Shown here one piece after another: positions 28,394 through 39,784 of a stretch of 64,000 bases of DNA. Within the stretch, counting starts at the first letter, position 1. Every line of letters begins with the position of its first letter. Under the pieces are notes generated by a model, which was not told the origin of the DNA, made no database searches, and saw nothing but the letters and a program-made list of their open reading frames with translations. Source of the stretch: an uncultured Verrucomicrobiae bacterium (GTDB lineage Bacteria > Verrucomicrobiota > Verrucomicrobiia > Limisphaerales > Palsa-1400); assembly GCA_963707025.1 (NCBI GenBank), contig CAVPOM010000018.1, positions 544,001 to 608,000 on the forward strand, given 5' to 3'. The position numbers were made by a program, and so were the translations under genes.

Positions 28394-29977
28394 TCAATGA
28401 CGCGAGCTTCCCATACTCGGGATACTCAGCCGGTCACGCAGAATCAGCGTGGCCACAAAGCCGGTGAAAGCGCCGGACAAATGCGCGGTCATGCTCACTT
28501 GCGGGACGAATGAGTCAAAGGCGATCTGCATCGCCACAATGAGAAGCACCACCATCAGCCGCCTCCGGGCGGCCAGCGCCTTGTCGCGCAGCCAACCGCG
28601 GAGCATGAGCGCTCCGGTGGCTCCCACCAAGCCCATAATGCAACCCGAAGCTCCCACCATGAGTTGCTCACCATTGGGTCCGGAGGCAAACTCCATCACC
28701 ACGCCCGCGGCGCCAAGGCCCGACAGCAGATAGACGAGGAGAAATCTTCTCAAGCCGAGGGCAAATTCCACGAACGGTCCCAACAGCCACAAGGCCAGCA
28801 TGTTCATGGCCAGATGAAGCGGTCCAAAATGCAGAAACAGCGAGGCTGGCATCCGCCACCATTCCCCGGCTCGAACGGCGGGAGGATACAAAGCTCCCAG
28901 GCGATACAAAACCTCCGGATTGCTGCCGCCACCCAGGCAAATCTCCGCGCCGAACATCAGCATATTCAGCCCGATAAGAATTTGCGTGGCTCGCGCCCGC
29001 CTTGAAAACAACGAGGGTTGCGCGCCAAAAATTTCGTCGTGGCCATGCTCCAGCGCGGCGCTCTCGATCACGCCCGCAGCGGATGCGTCCAGCGACGCTG
29101 CCGGGGTCAACGGCCGCGCCAGGCGGCGTTCAATGGCCAGGCGCGTTGGCGGATCGGCCTCGGGCAACAACAATTCCAACTGACGTTGGCCGGATTCAGA
29201 CGCGCCGGCCGCCAGATCAGCAGCCGCCAGCCAATAGGCGCGGATGGAAGCCGGCAAGCTGGCCAGGCTGCCGCCAAAGAGGAGGCGTTCCGCCAGATCG
29301 CGCCGGCCGCAAAAAACAAACAGCATCAGGCGACACTGGTCGCGTGCGGCCGGTGGAATGAGATTCCCGACTTGCTGTTTGTGCCGGTCATACAATTCGA
29401 CCAGTCCGCGCAAGTCGCCGGTCTCCCCTCGCGCCCGAAGAACCGCGGCCAGAAGCTGCGGATGCCGGTCCACTTCCTGCTGATGCCGGGCCTGCCAGGC
29501 AAGAAGATCGTCCCATTGGTTGGTGAGCCGGTAGAGATTAATCACCGCCGCCATCCCCATCAGCGTTTTGACATTTTGGAAGCGGTTTAGGATTTCCACA
29601 GCCGCAGGCAACTCGCCCCGTTGCGCCAGATCCAGCGCGCGAACGATCTCCGGCTGTTGTCTCCAGCCGTCGGCCGGATGCAGCCAGCTTAGAAGCCGGG
29701 CCCAACGGAAGGCGGCCGCATACTGCTGCTGGAGGAACCGGCGGGAATAGAGTTTCCCGATCAATCCGGGAAGCAACACGAGCATCAGCCACATCGCGGC
29801 GGCGACGTGGATGCAAGCTCTCTGTTCCTCCAGTTTCCCGAACAACGCCATGAACAAGATGGCGAGATAAAGCACAATCCAGCCGCGCCGGTCCGAGCGA
29901 ACACGCGTCAGCGTCATCGCCAGGCCAACCAGAGCGTAGAAAAACACACACCAAAAAATGACGACATCGTTATCCAT
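28394..29977 (-). CDS. Rhomboid family intramembrane serine protease with N-terminal TM and helical-repeat region
   Basis: WWR..FLHFG.LHL..N, VGASG, AHLSG. Confidence 0.9.
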   Translation of the reverse strand: MDNDVVIFWCVFFYALVGLAMTLTRVRSDRRGWIVLYLAILFMALFGKLEEQRACIHVAAAMWLMLVLLPGLIGKLYSRRFLQQQYAAAFRWARLLSWLHPADGWRQQPEIVRALDLAQRGELPAAVEILNRFQNVKTLMGMAAVINLYRLTNQWDDLLAWQARHQQEVDRHPQLLAAVLRARGETGDLRGLVELYDRHKQQVGNLIPPAARDQCRLMLFVFCGRRDLAERLLFGGSLASLPASIRAYWLAAADLAAGASESGQRQLELLLPEADPPTRLAIERRLARPLTPAASLDASAAGVIESAALEHGHDEIFGAQPSLFSRRARATQILIGLNMLMFGAEICLGGGSNPEVLYRLGALYPPAVRAGEWWRMPASLFLHFGPLHLAMNMLALWLLGPFVEFALGLRRFLLVYLLSGLGAAGVVMEFASGPNGEQLMVGASGCIMGLVGATGALMLRGWLRDKALAARRRLMVVLLIVAMQIAFDSFVPQVSMTAHLSGAFTGFVATLILRDRLSIPSMGSSRH

Positions 29978-30131
29978 GCCTTTTCAACTGCGCGACCGAT
30001 GGCGCGATGATAGTCCCATGGAAGCCGCCGTCGAGCTTTGACAATCCACGGAGTTTCAGAAGCGAATTGCCAGGCGCCGGAACCGACTTCATAGACGAGT
30101 CACAAGATCTTTGGCGCCAACGGAGACCCGA

Positions 30132-30554
30132 TCACTCCCCGGGTTTTTCCCGGGGCGGTTTGTCTTTGCTGAGGCGGCGCGCCAGGATAATCCAGTAAGC
30201 GCCAAAAAAGAGGAAGGCGATTCCCAGCACAAAGACGAAAGTGAACCGGGCCAGGTCAGCCGCTCCGAAGATCGTGAAAATGAGGCCCGTCGCACCCAGA
30301 AAAAACCCGTTGGCGTAACGCATGGAACTGCCCTGTTTTACAACGGAGACCTGCCTTTGCATGATGCGCTCCACTTCACCCATGTGCCGGACGTTTTGGG
30401 CAAGGAGTTGCATGAGCGCCTCCACCTCCGCCTCGCAGCGCCCGCGGCAGGCCAGTCCTTTGCCGAGGTCAACCGCACACTCCGGGCAGAGACCTTTGCC
30501 GCATGACTTGCAGGCGCCGACGGCTTCCCGGTCTTGATGATAGAAACAACGCAT
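30132..30554 (-). CDS. B-box-like zinc-finger membrane protein
   Basis: MRCFYHQDREAVGACKSCGKGLCPEC...C..RC plus two C-terminal TM helices. Confidence 0.75.
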   Translation of the reverse strand: MRCFYHQDREAVGACKSCGKGLCPECAVDLGKGLACRGRCEAEVEALMQLLAQNVRHMGEVERIMQRQVSVVKQGSSMRYANGFFLGATGLIFTIFGAADLARFTFVFVLGIAFLFFGAYWIILARRLSKDKPPREKPGE

Positions 30555-30663
30555 GAGAATGGTGGGGCGGTTCGATGTTGGGCGCGGTCCAAAATTGAAT
30601 CGAGCCACGCTCCGAGGCAAGGACAAAAACGCCATTATCCAAATTGCCAGGACAGCGCCCGCC

Positions 30664-33067
30664 TCATGGTGTGCGCACCTGGAAAAAGCGCGGGCCCGGG
30701 CTGGCCGTCTCCGTGTAATTGGTGTTGCTACTGTCCCCGCTGAACACCGCCGCCCAATTCATCAAATCCGTGGAAGCTTCCACCGTGAAAGTTCCGCTGC
30801 GCACGCCGCCGACCTGGAAGCTGAATTGTCCCAAACTCAAGCGCGCATTCATCAGGAGCAATGGCAGCGGCGGACCGAAGGACAGGCCCGGGTTCCAATG
30901 GCCGATGTAGGAGGAGGGCTTGAGGCCGGCCCGCGTAAAGTTTCCGGTCACGAACAGATCGCCCCCGGCCAGCGACATGCCGTAAATCGTGGCGCTCCCG
31001 ACCGGCAGGTTGGTCACCCCGTCGCCCAATCCGGACCAGGCCGAACCATCCCACTGGGCGATGCGGTTGAAACTCGTTCCGCCGGAGTTGGTCATCGTTC
31101 CCCCCGCGTACAGGGTACTGCTGTCCGCGGCCAGCGCGTTGACGGTTCCCGAGCTGAACCCGGCCCCCACCTGCGACCACGAGCTTCCGTTCCACTGCGC
31201 GATGCGCAGCAGGGGTGTCCCGCCCGAATAGGAACTGGTGAAGCTGCCGCCCGCGTAAACCACTCCGTTTTGCAGCGCCAGCGCGGCCACCGTGCCGCTC
31301 ATGGCCGTTCCCATCGAATGCCAGGCGGCCCCGTCCCAGTAGCCGACGTTTTCCAGGTCATCACCCGTGACAATGGGAGGACCCGTTTCCCAGCCAATGT
31401 CAAAGTTCCCGCCCGCGTACCAGATTGACGCCGTCGGTTGTCAGGGTGTTGAAAATATTATTGCCCCGCCAATATGAAATGGTCGGCACGTCCTGCCAGT
31501 CTGTGCCGTCAAACTGCGCAATGCCATGCAGCGAGCCGCTGCCATCGCCGCGCGCCGTGAAAGCGCCTCCCGCAAACAGCGTTCCCTGATACACCACCAG
31601 CGCGTTGACGTTGCTGTTCAGTCCGCTGCCCAGCCCATGCCAGTTGGATCCGTCCCACTTTGCCACGTTATGGGCCCCCACGCCGCCGGCATTGGTGAAG
31701 TAGCCGCCGGCGTAGATCAAGCCGCCATCTTCAATCATGGCCGTAACCGTCGGGCTGAGCAGATTGTTGCCGGTGACGCCGCCCCCCATCGCATCCCAAT
31801 TCGTCCCGTCGAATTGCGCGATGCGATTGGCCAGAATTCCGCCCGCCAGCACCACTCCCCCGCCGACATAAAGACGGGTCGCCGTCTTGAGGATCGCCCG
31901 CGGGACCAGCCACACTCCCTTGGTCGCGCGCCCATTGACCCCCGTCCACTCGGCGCCGTCCCACTTGGCCAGGGCAATCACCCCGGCATTGCCGGCGCGA
32001 ACGAAGTTGCCGCCGATGTAAAGCTGGCCGTTGACCGCCGCGGCGCAGCTCACTGTGCTGCTCACCTGGCCGGCAGAACCGGGCGCCAGCGGCTCCCAGG
32101 AGGCCCCGTTCCAGTGCGCCGCGTTGAGAATCGCGGTTCCGCCGATGTTGGTGAAATTGCCCCCGGTATAAATCTGGCCCGCGACCAGCGCCAGCGCGAA
32201 GTTCGTCCCGGAGGGGCCGCCACCCATTGCATTCCATTGGCTGCCGTCCCAGCGCGCCAGGTTGGTCATGTTCAAGCCGTTGACCGACTGAAACGCGCCC
32301 GCGAGGTAGAGGTTGGTGCCATCGCTGACAATTTGATTGACAGAAGGGTATGGCCCGCCGGTCGCTCCGCCCATCGCATTCCACTGCCGGCCGTCCCAGC
32401 GCGCCACGTTATCCACTTCCAAACTTCCGGCGTAGCGAAACACGCCGCTGGCAAGAAGGCTCCCGGACGCGTTCGTCGTCAGCGAAAGCACGGACGGAAG
32501 GGCAGATCCGTTGTTGTTGGTCGTGCCGCTCAGGCCGGGTCCCAGCGCAAACCAATTCGTGCCATCCCAGCGGGCGATGTTGGTCGCGGCCACCGCCGCG
32601 CCCGCCTGCGTGAAATTGCCGTCCACATAAAGATTGTTGCTCAGAACCAGCAGGCTGGAAACGATGCCGTTGACCCCGCCGCCGACGCCCGACCAATTCG
32701 TGCCGTTCCACTGCGCCAGACCCGGCGCGGCAACGCCGCCGGCGTTGGTAAAATAGCCGCCCGCGTAAATGTTGCCGTGCCATTGCGCGATTGCGAACAC
32801 CAGCGGGCCGCCTCCACTGAACCCGCCCGCAAACCCGGTCCAATTGGTCCCGTCAAACTGCGCGATGCCCGTTGAGGCCGCTTCGCCCGCCGCCCCGAAA
32901 GAGCCGCCCATATACAAATTGCCGCCGATTTGTGTGATGGTCAAAACCGTGCCGTAGTCCACGCCCGGCGGCCCGAATTGATCGTCCCAGTGATCGTCCA
33001 CCCCTGCCCATGCTGCGAAAACAGTGGCAAAGGCCCACAGACCGGCCACCATGTGAGATTTTCTCAT
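30664..33067 (-). CDS. Secreted beta-propeller repeat protein (LY.GG.F...IA.WDG..W repeats), frameshifted near 31420 (probable error)
   Basis: More than ten repeats; removing one G from AATCTGGTAC gives NLYAGGNF and joins the two ORFs. Confidence 0.85.
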
Positions 33068-33110
33068 AGGACTCCAGAGCAGTTTCACAAATACTGTAGC
33101 CGCATTACAA

Positions 33111-33165
33111 GGTAGGGCGGGCACTCCGTTGCCCGCCGCGGCGCGCACGGAGTGCGCGCCCTACC
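33111..33165. repeat. GTAG-family REP doublet (palindrome)
   Basis: GGTAGGGCGGGCACTCCGT...ACGGAGTGCGCGCCCTACC. Confidence 0.85.
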
Positions 33166-33340
33166 ACCCTCATTTATGGCTACACAATTTCTTAAACCGC
33201 TCCAAAGGTTGCGATTTATAGCGTCTTGACTTCCGGCTGTCAAGCAGGATGGCGGCCGATCCAGGATGGGTTCTGGCAGCGTCTCCGCAAAACAAGATCT
33301 TGCCGGGCGGCGGCGCCGGCCCTATCTTGAAACTGAATTT

Positions 33341-33432
33341 GCCAGGGCCCATGGAATGTGGACTTACGAACCCCGCCAGGGCCGGAAGGCAGCAACGGCA
33401 GTCTGCTCCGCATCTGCCGTGGTCACCCTGGC
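33341..33432 (+). ncRNA. ffs: Signal recognition particle RNA (small bacterial SRP, 4.5S)
   Basis: Terminal stem GCCAGGG...CCCTGGC; conserved CAGG-GCCGGAAGGC-AGCA domain IV; directly upstream of dnaX. Confidence 0.92.
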
Positions 33433-33442
33433 ATTTTCTTAA

Positions 33443-33544
33443 TTGCGATTGCGGATGGCGGATTGCGGATTGAGAAACAAGCACAAGTGGCCTTGCGCTT
33501 CCTGCGTTTCTAATCCGCAATCCGCCATCGCCAAGCCGCAATCC
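33443..33544. repeat. Inverted pair of heptamer arrays (GATTGCG)n / (CGCAATC)n
   Basis: 33443-33471 is complementary to 33512-33544. Confidence 0.8.
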
Positions 33545-33551
33545 AAAACAG

Positions 33552-35295
33552 ATGTCATATCAAGTCATAGCCCGAAAGTACCGCCCGCAGCGTTTCGCCG
33601 ACGTCGTCGGCCAGGAGCACGTCACCCAGACGCTGGCCAACGCCATCGGCGCAAACGCATCGCCCACGCCTACCTGTTCTGCGGGCCGCGCGGCACCGGC
33701 AAAACCACCATCGCCCGCATCTTCGCCAAATGCCTCAACTGCACCGACGGCCCGAAGGTTGATTTTCCGACGACGACCCGCGCTTCCAGGAAATCGCCGA
33801 GGGCCGCGTCGCTGGACGTGCTGGAAATTGACGGCGCGAGCAACAACGGCGTCGAGCAGGTGCGCGAGCTGCGCGAGACCTGCAAATACGCGCCCGGCCA
33901 ATTCGCGCGGTTCAAAATCTACATCATTGACGAGGTCCACATGCTCCGACGGCGGCGTTCAACGCGCTGCTGAAGACGCTGGAAGAGCCGCCCGCGCACG
34001 TGAAGTTCATGTTCGCGACGACCGACCCGGAAAAGGTGCCTGCCGACGATTCTTTCCCGCTGCCAGCGGTTTGATCTGCGCCGCATTCCCGGCCGCGCTC
34101 ATCGTCAAACAACTGCGCCAGATCGCCAAGAAGGAAAAGGTGAAGATTGACGAGGCCGCGCTCTACGCCATCGCGCGCGGGGCCGACGGCGGCATGCGCG
34201 ACGCCGAATCCACGCTGGACCAGCTCATCAGCTTTTGCGGCGACGAAAATCGAGGAGCCGGACGTGCTGTCCATGTTCGGCCTGGCCGCCCAGGGCCAGA
34301 TTCTGGCCTTGAGCGAGGCCGTCCTGGCCGGCGAAACCGAGAAGGCCTTGCGCCAGTTGAACGAACTGGCGCAACACGGCAAGGACCTGGGCCGGCTGCT
34401 CTCCGAATTGCTGAAGCATTTCCGCAACCTGCTCATTTTCCAGGTCTCGCGCGGCGATCTCGCCCTGATCGAAGCCTCGGAAGCCGAAGCCGCCGTCCTG
34501 GCCGGCCAATCCGCCCGCCTCAACAGCGACGGCCTGACCCGGATGATGGACGTGCTGACCGATTGCGAAGGACGCCTGCGCGACACCGCTTCGCGCAAAA
34601 TACTCCTGGAAGTGACGCTCCTGAAAATGATCGAGGCGCGCCACGCCGTCAGCATTGATGTCATTTTGCAGCAATTGCAACAATGGCGCGCCGAGGCCGC
34701 CGGCGCCTTGCCCCGCCCGACGGCTGCCAAAACCGATTCCGCCGGCGCGCCGTCCAAGGCTCCATCCTCCGCGCCGGTCCGCCCGCCCGCCGCGTTGGCC
34801 GCGGAGGCCATTCCCGTCTCCGCCGCCGGCGGCGAATTGACGCCACTTTGGGGCAGACTGGTGGAGGCGGTCGGCCGGGCCAGCCCGTTTGTGCTTGACT
34901 ATCTCAAAAAGGCCGACCCGGTATCCCTTTCTAAAAACTTGTTGACTATCGGATTTGACCCGGAGTTTGCGGACCAAATTAGCCTCATTGACTGCAAAAA
35001 GAATCACGACTTGCTGCAAACCAAGCTTTCGGAACTGGGTTATCCGAATGTGCAGGTGAAGTTCGTGCAAGCCGCCGCGCCGCCCAACAGCCCGGCGGAG
35101 CCGGCGCCTCCCGCCGCGCCCGCGCCGGCCCCGGCCGCTCCAGCGGCTCCGGCGGCCAGGCCGGCGGACGCCGCCGCGCCGCTCCGGCAAAATCCGCCGC
35201 CGGTTTCCGCCGGCAAGGATGACTTTAAAAACGATCCGTTGATTCAAAAAGCCCTGGAAATATTCAAAGGCCAAATTGTTGAGGTCCGTTCCTAA
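33552..35295 (+). CDS. dnaX: DNA polymerase III subunit gamma/tau, with several frameshifts at ~33640-34250 (probable errors)
   Basis: [66 protein letters not shown] appear in alternating frames. Confidence 0.93.
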
Positions 35296-35360
35296 AATCC
35301 GCCCTGTCCTCCGAAGCTCCGCCGTGTGGAGCGCAGGAGGAAATCCCCAATCCAAAAAAT

Positions 35361-35669
35361 ATGCCAAGCCTCGGAAAACTCATGAAACAGGCTGCGCGCA
35401 TGCAGCAGCAAATCGAACAAATCCAGGCCCAGCTCGCCGCCCGCACCGTCCAAGCCAGCAGCGGCGGCGGCGCGGTCAAAGTCGTGGCCAAATGCGACGG
35501 CTCGCTGGCCTCCATCAAGATCGACCCGCAGGCCATCAATCCCGCCGACGCCCAATTGCTGGAGGACCTGATCCTGACCGCCGTCAACCAGGCCCTGGAG
35601 GAAGGCAGGAAGATTTCCAGCGCGGAAATGGGCAAGGCCACCCAGGGCTTCAGCCTGCCCGGGATGTAA
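35361..35669 (+). CDS. ybaB: YbaB/EbfC nucleoid-associated protein
   Basis: MKQA..MQ, SGGGAVKV, LEDLILTAVNQA; dnaX-ybaB-recR synteny. Confidence 0.95.
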   Translation: MPSLGKLMKQAARMQQQIEQIQAQLAARTVQASSGGGAVKVVAKCDGSLASIKIDPQAINPADAQLLEDLILTAVNQALEEGRKISSAEMGKATQGFSLPGM

Positions 35670-35679
35670 GAACCGCCGG

Positions 35680-36279
35680 ATGCTCCTCCCCGAACCCATT
35701 AGTTCCCTGGCCGCCGCCCTGGGCCGTTTGCCCGGCATCGGCCCCCGCTCGGCCGAGCGCCTGGCCTTGCACCTGGCCCAAACGGAGTCCCAAGCCGTCC
35801 GCCAACTGGCCGAGGCCCTGCTCCACGCCCGCGAAAAAATCCGCGCCTGCTCCCTCTGCGGCGCCCTGACCGAACGGGATCCCTGCGCCCTCTGTGCCGA
35901 CGACCGGCGCGAGGCCGGCACCATCTGCGTGGTGGAACGGCCCGTGGATGTTTTCTCCTTGGAAAAGGCCGGGGTCTTTCATGGCAAATACCATGTCCTG
36001 GGCGGCAAGATCTCGCCCCTCAACGGCGTCGAGCCGGAGGATTTGCGCATCGCCGCCCTGGAAGCGCGCCTGGGCGCCGGCGTCAAGGAAATCATCCTCG
36101 CCCTCAGCACCGATGTCGAAGGCGACGCCACCAGTTTCTATCTGGCCAAACGCCTGGCGGGCAAGGGCGCCAAAATTTCCCGGCTCGCCTACGGCCTGCC
36201 CGCCGGCAGCGGCCTGGAATTCGCCGACGAAATCACCCTCGGCCGCGCCTTGGAGGGCCGGCGCGATCTGGCGCCTTGA
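35680..36279 (+). CDS. recR: Recombination mediator RecR
   Basis: LPGIGPRSAERL, C4 zinc finger, YHVLGG, VEGDAT Toprim. Confidence 0.97.
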   Translation: MLLPEPISSLAAALGRLPGIGPRSAERLALHLAQTESQAVRQLAEALLHAREKIRACSLCGALTERDPCALCADDRREAGTICVVERPVDVFSLEKAGVFHGKYHVLGGKISPLNGVEPEDLRIAALEARLGAGVKEIILALSTDVEGDATSFYLAKRLAGKGAKISRLAYGLPAGSGLEFADEITLGRALEGRRDLAP

Positions 36280-36294
36280 ATTCATCCGGCCAAC

Positions 36295-36909
36295 ATGAAA
36301 GCTCCCGCCGTCGTGGTCTTTGATCTGGGCAAAGTGCTGGTGGACTTCGATTACAGCATCGCGGCGCGGCGCATCCTGCGGCGGAGCCGCCTTGGGGGCG
36401 CGGAATTGCAGCGCTTGCTTTGCACCTCGCCCCTCCTGTGTCAATACGAAACCGGCGCGATCAGCACCGCGCAATTTTACGAGGGCGTGTGCGCCGCCTC
36501 GGGCTACGACGGCGGGTTGGCGGAGTTCAGCGCGGCCTTCGCGGACATTTTTACCGAGATCAAGCCGATGACCGCGCTGCACGACGCGCTGCGGGCGGGC
36601 GGCGTTCCCACCTGGATCTTTTCCAACACCAATGAAATCGCGGCCCGTCACATCCGCCGCCGCTTCCCGTTCTTCTCCAATTTCGACGGCTGGGTTCTTT
36701 CCTACGAGCACGGCGCGATGAAGCCCGACCCCCGGCTTTACGAAGTGGTCGAACGCCAAACCGGCCGCCGCGGCGCGGACATTCTGTATCTGGACGACCG
36801 CCCGGAAAATGTGGAAGCCGGCGCCGCGCGCGGCTGGCGCGCCCTGCTGCATGAAACGCCGGAAAAAACGCGAAGCCTCATAGAAAACCTGGGCCTTCCG
36901 GTTGACTGA
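36295..36909 (+). CDS. HAD family phosphatase
   Basis: FDLGKVL, SNTN, KPDPRLY, LDDRPENV. Confidence 0.93.
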   Translation: MKAPAVVVFDLGKVLVDFDYSIAARRILRRSRLGGAELQRLLCTSPLLCQYETGAISTAQFYEGVCAASGYDGGLAEFSAAFADIFTEIKPMTALHDALRAGGVPTWIFSNTNEIAARHIRRRFPFFSNFDGWVLSYEHGAMKPDPRLYEVVERQTGRRGADILYLDDRPENVEAGAARGWRALLHETPEKTRSLIENLGLPVD

Positions 36910-37383
36910 GGCAGCCACAAATAAAGAAACAGCTTTGAAAGGATGAACTTGCAACCAAGTAAAAGCCCCCTAATCTGGAACATGCTTGCGCGATCTCATC
37001 CTTCCAATAGAGCCATCCATCGCTGGCCTGTCTGCAAGGAGGATCGGTGAGCAAGTTGCGCGCGGTATTGGACACAAACATTCTTGTGGCGGCGTTCCGT
37101 TCCAAGACTGGAGCGTCCTTTGAAATTTTTCGGCGATTGCTGAATGACGAATGGACCGCCGTCTTGAGCAATCACCTCATTTACGAATACGAAGAAGTTC
37201 TTAAACGAGATGCCGCCAGCCTGTCATTAAGCGCCAGCGACGTTGACGAACTCTTGAACGCCATCTCTGCCCGTGGCGAAGAATGGTCATTGACGCACGA
37301 TTGGGACCCCGTATTGGCTGACCCCGACGACGAGCCTCTGGTGCAATTGGCGCAAGCCTCAAGTGCTTTGATCATCGTCACCC

Positions 37384-38877
37384 TGAGGTGGACCCCATCC
37401 TTTAGACCACGGAGCGCATGAAATAAGCGCGACTTTTGCCGATTGCTGTCATTACTAATTGTAGTTGACTACTGTTCATTCCGTGTTTCAAAACCCTTTC
37501 GAAAAGAGAGAACGAGCGATGCGGAGCACTGCCCGTCCTCCCTCTCCGTTTTCTTAGGGTTCTCAACTCTACCGCCGCAGGCGGTCTGATTTCAAGCCTT
37601 TTCCTGCCGCCTGCCTCTCTGTCAAGTGCTGCGATCGCTCCTGCCTCTGGCAGGTTGCATCGCTTCCCATTTGGCCGGTTGGGCTCCATGCGTGCCGGGA
37701 TCAAAATACGCGTCCGCCGGCGTCGCATAGCCCAACGCCTGGTGCGGTCGTTCCCGGTTGTAGCCGTCAAACCACCGGCCCAGTCCGCGCCCTGCCGCCA
37801 ACCCGTCGCCATAGTCTTGCAAATAAATGTCCTCATACTTGGCGCTCCGCCACAGCCGCTCGATAAACCGGTTGTCCATCCAGCGACCCCGTCCGTCCAT
37901 GCTCACGTCCACCCCCGCCGATTCCACCGCATCGATAAACATCGGGGAGGTGAACTGCGATCCCTGGTCGGTATTGGAAATCAACGGCGCCTGACGCCCC
38001 GCCCGCAACGCCGCCTCCCAAGCGTCCACACAAAAGTCCGCCTCCAACGTGTTGCTCAAGCGCCATCCCAGCACGTAACGACTCCACCAATCCATCACCG
38101 CCACCAAATACATAAACCCAGTTGCCATAGGCACATACGTAATGTCCGAACACCAAACCTGATCCGGTCCCGTCACTGCCAAATTGCGTAACAGATACGG
38201 ATAAATCTGGTGCCCCATCTCCCGCAGACTCGTCTTGGGCTTGGCGTAAATCGCCTCGATCCCCATCAACCGCAGCAGCCGCACCACCCGTTTGCGATTG
38301 ATGGTCAAACCCTCCCGGCGCAACAGCACGGTCAGTTTGCGGCTGCCATAAACCGGGTGGTCCAAATGCATCTGGTCCAACCGCCGCATCAGCGCCAGGT
38401 TCTCCTCTGTCTCCGGACAGCACTGGTAATAATAACTGCCACGGCACACCGCCAGCAGCTCGCACTGGCGCCGCACGCTGAGCTGCGGATCGGGAGCGAT
38501 TAAACATGTTAAAGCCCCAGTTGCCTGGACTTTTTTTTAAGCCAGTCCAAGTCCACCGTCAGTTGGCCAATCTTCTCATGCAGTTGGGCAATCAACTGTT
38601 CCTGATCCTCCGTGCGGGGTTGCCCGGGCTCAAACAATTCGGGCATGTGATCCCGAATCGTCGCCCGCCACTGCGTGACCTGCGCCGGATGCACCGCATA
38701 CTCTCGCGCCAATTGCGCGACCGTCTTCAGCCCCACCAGGGCTTCGAATCCCACTTTGGCCTTGAAGGCCGCACTGTGTCTTTTCCGTTTTGCTTTCATA
38801 AGTCTGCTCTTTCTTATCTACAGCAAACCGGCAAAAATCGAAACTTACCTGTGGTCTAAAAATAGGGGTCCAGCTCA
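37384..38877 (-). mobile_element. IS3-family insertion sequence, copy 1 (1494 bp)
   Basis: TG...CA ends; imperfect terminal IRs TGAGGTGGACCCCATCCTTTAGACCAC / TGAGCTGGACCCCTATTTTTAGACCAC; 3-bp target duplication CCC (37381-37383, 38878-38880). Confidence 0.96.
37622..38799 (-). CDS. IS3 transposase OrfA/OrfB (-1 frameshift fusion)
   Basis: OrfA HTH at 38509-38799; OrfB DDE motifs (WCSDITY, NTDQGSQF, IERLWRS); A8G slippery run at the end of OrfA. Confidence 0.95.
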
Positions 38878-38968
38878 CCCACAATACCCGCCATTTGCAG
38901 CCTGCGGTCGAATTGGGCATTCAGGTCTTGAAACCAAGGGAATTCTTGGTTAAACTCCGTCAGCTAAA

Positions 38969-39208
38969 ATGAGCACTTTGGAAGTACACATTCCTGACCT
39001 GTTGTTAAAACAGGTCAACGAAATCGCCGCGAAGGAAAACGTGAGCGTGGACCAGCTTGTTTCCATCGCCCTAGCCGCGCAAGTATCCGCTTCGCAGGCG
39101 CGCGAGAGCATTTCGTCCCGCGCCGCAAGGGTGAACTGGCAAAAAGTGGATGATATCCTGGCTCGCGTCCCGGACAACCCGCCGCTCCCTGGCGATGAGT
39201 TAAATTGA
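38969..39208 (+). CDS. Putative antitoxin (HicB-like / ribbon-helix-helix)
   Basis: MSTLEVHIPDLLLKQVNEIAAKENVSVDQLVSIALA; ATGA overlap with the PIN toxin stop. Confidence 0.75.
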   Translation: MSTLEVHIPDLLLKQVNEIAAKENVSVDQLVSIALAAQVSASQARESISSRAARVNWQKVDDILARVPDNPPLPGDELN

Positions 39209-39784
39209 GGGAACGGGCAGTTGTGGAGCAATATTGCTGACATGCAAATCTGCTGCTGCCATTGGATTCTGCTTTGTTATTGGACACCGGAAAACCCGCG
39301 ACTCAGAAAATCGAACAAATCACGATCACCATCGGGCTTGGCTCAAGCGACTTTGTTGGACCGCATATTGAATAAAAATGCCACAACAATATGTCTTGAC
39401 GTCTGTGCATGCAGAAACCTCACCCCAAGGAAAAACATAGCCAATGTCTGCGTCTCGCTCATCCGGTCCGCGCGGAATGTGCTCATTTGGCGGACGTCCA
39501 AATATGCCTTGCAATAGCTGCTTGTGAAAACAATGCCTCGCCTGCTCTTTCTTAACAGAAGCATCGCTCCACGAACTCCCGAATTTGGGTCCAATGGCAC
39601 ACAAACTCATCGAGTAAATAGCTCCTGAACAAAAGCAAATATCGCCAGCAAAATTTTCCCCACTCCCTCTGACAGGTTGAAAGGAATAACGAGACCACGG
39701 AGCGTTTTGATTCATCGGCTTTGAAATGGCGAAAAGCGGTGAACTCAGAAATTCATCACGGGTCGTCCGCGCGGTAATGATCAC

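Larger units (their letters stand above)
37047..38972 (+). pseudogene. PIN-domain toxin gene interrupted by IS3 copy 1
   Basis: VLDTNILV...DPDDEPLVQLA...IIVT (to 37383) continues after the IS as HNTRHLQPAVELGIQVLKPREFLVKLRQLK* (38881-38972). Confidence 0.9.

Noticed and set aside
33552..35295. Programmed dnaX frameshift (gamma/tau)
   Set aside because: The shifts are multiple, lie in the N-terminal ATPase region and lack a slippery A-run context; sequence error is more likely.
36910..37046. Additional gene or att site at the left edge of the lower-GC islet
   Set aside because: No convincing ORF, integrase, tRNA or flanking direct repeat was seen.
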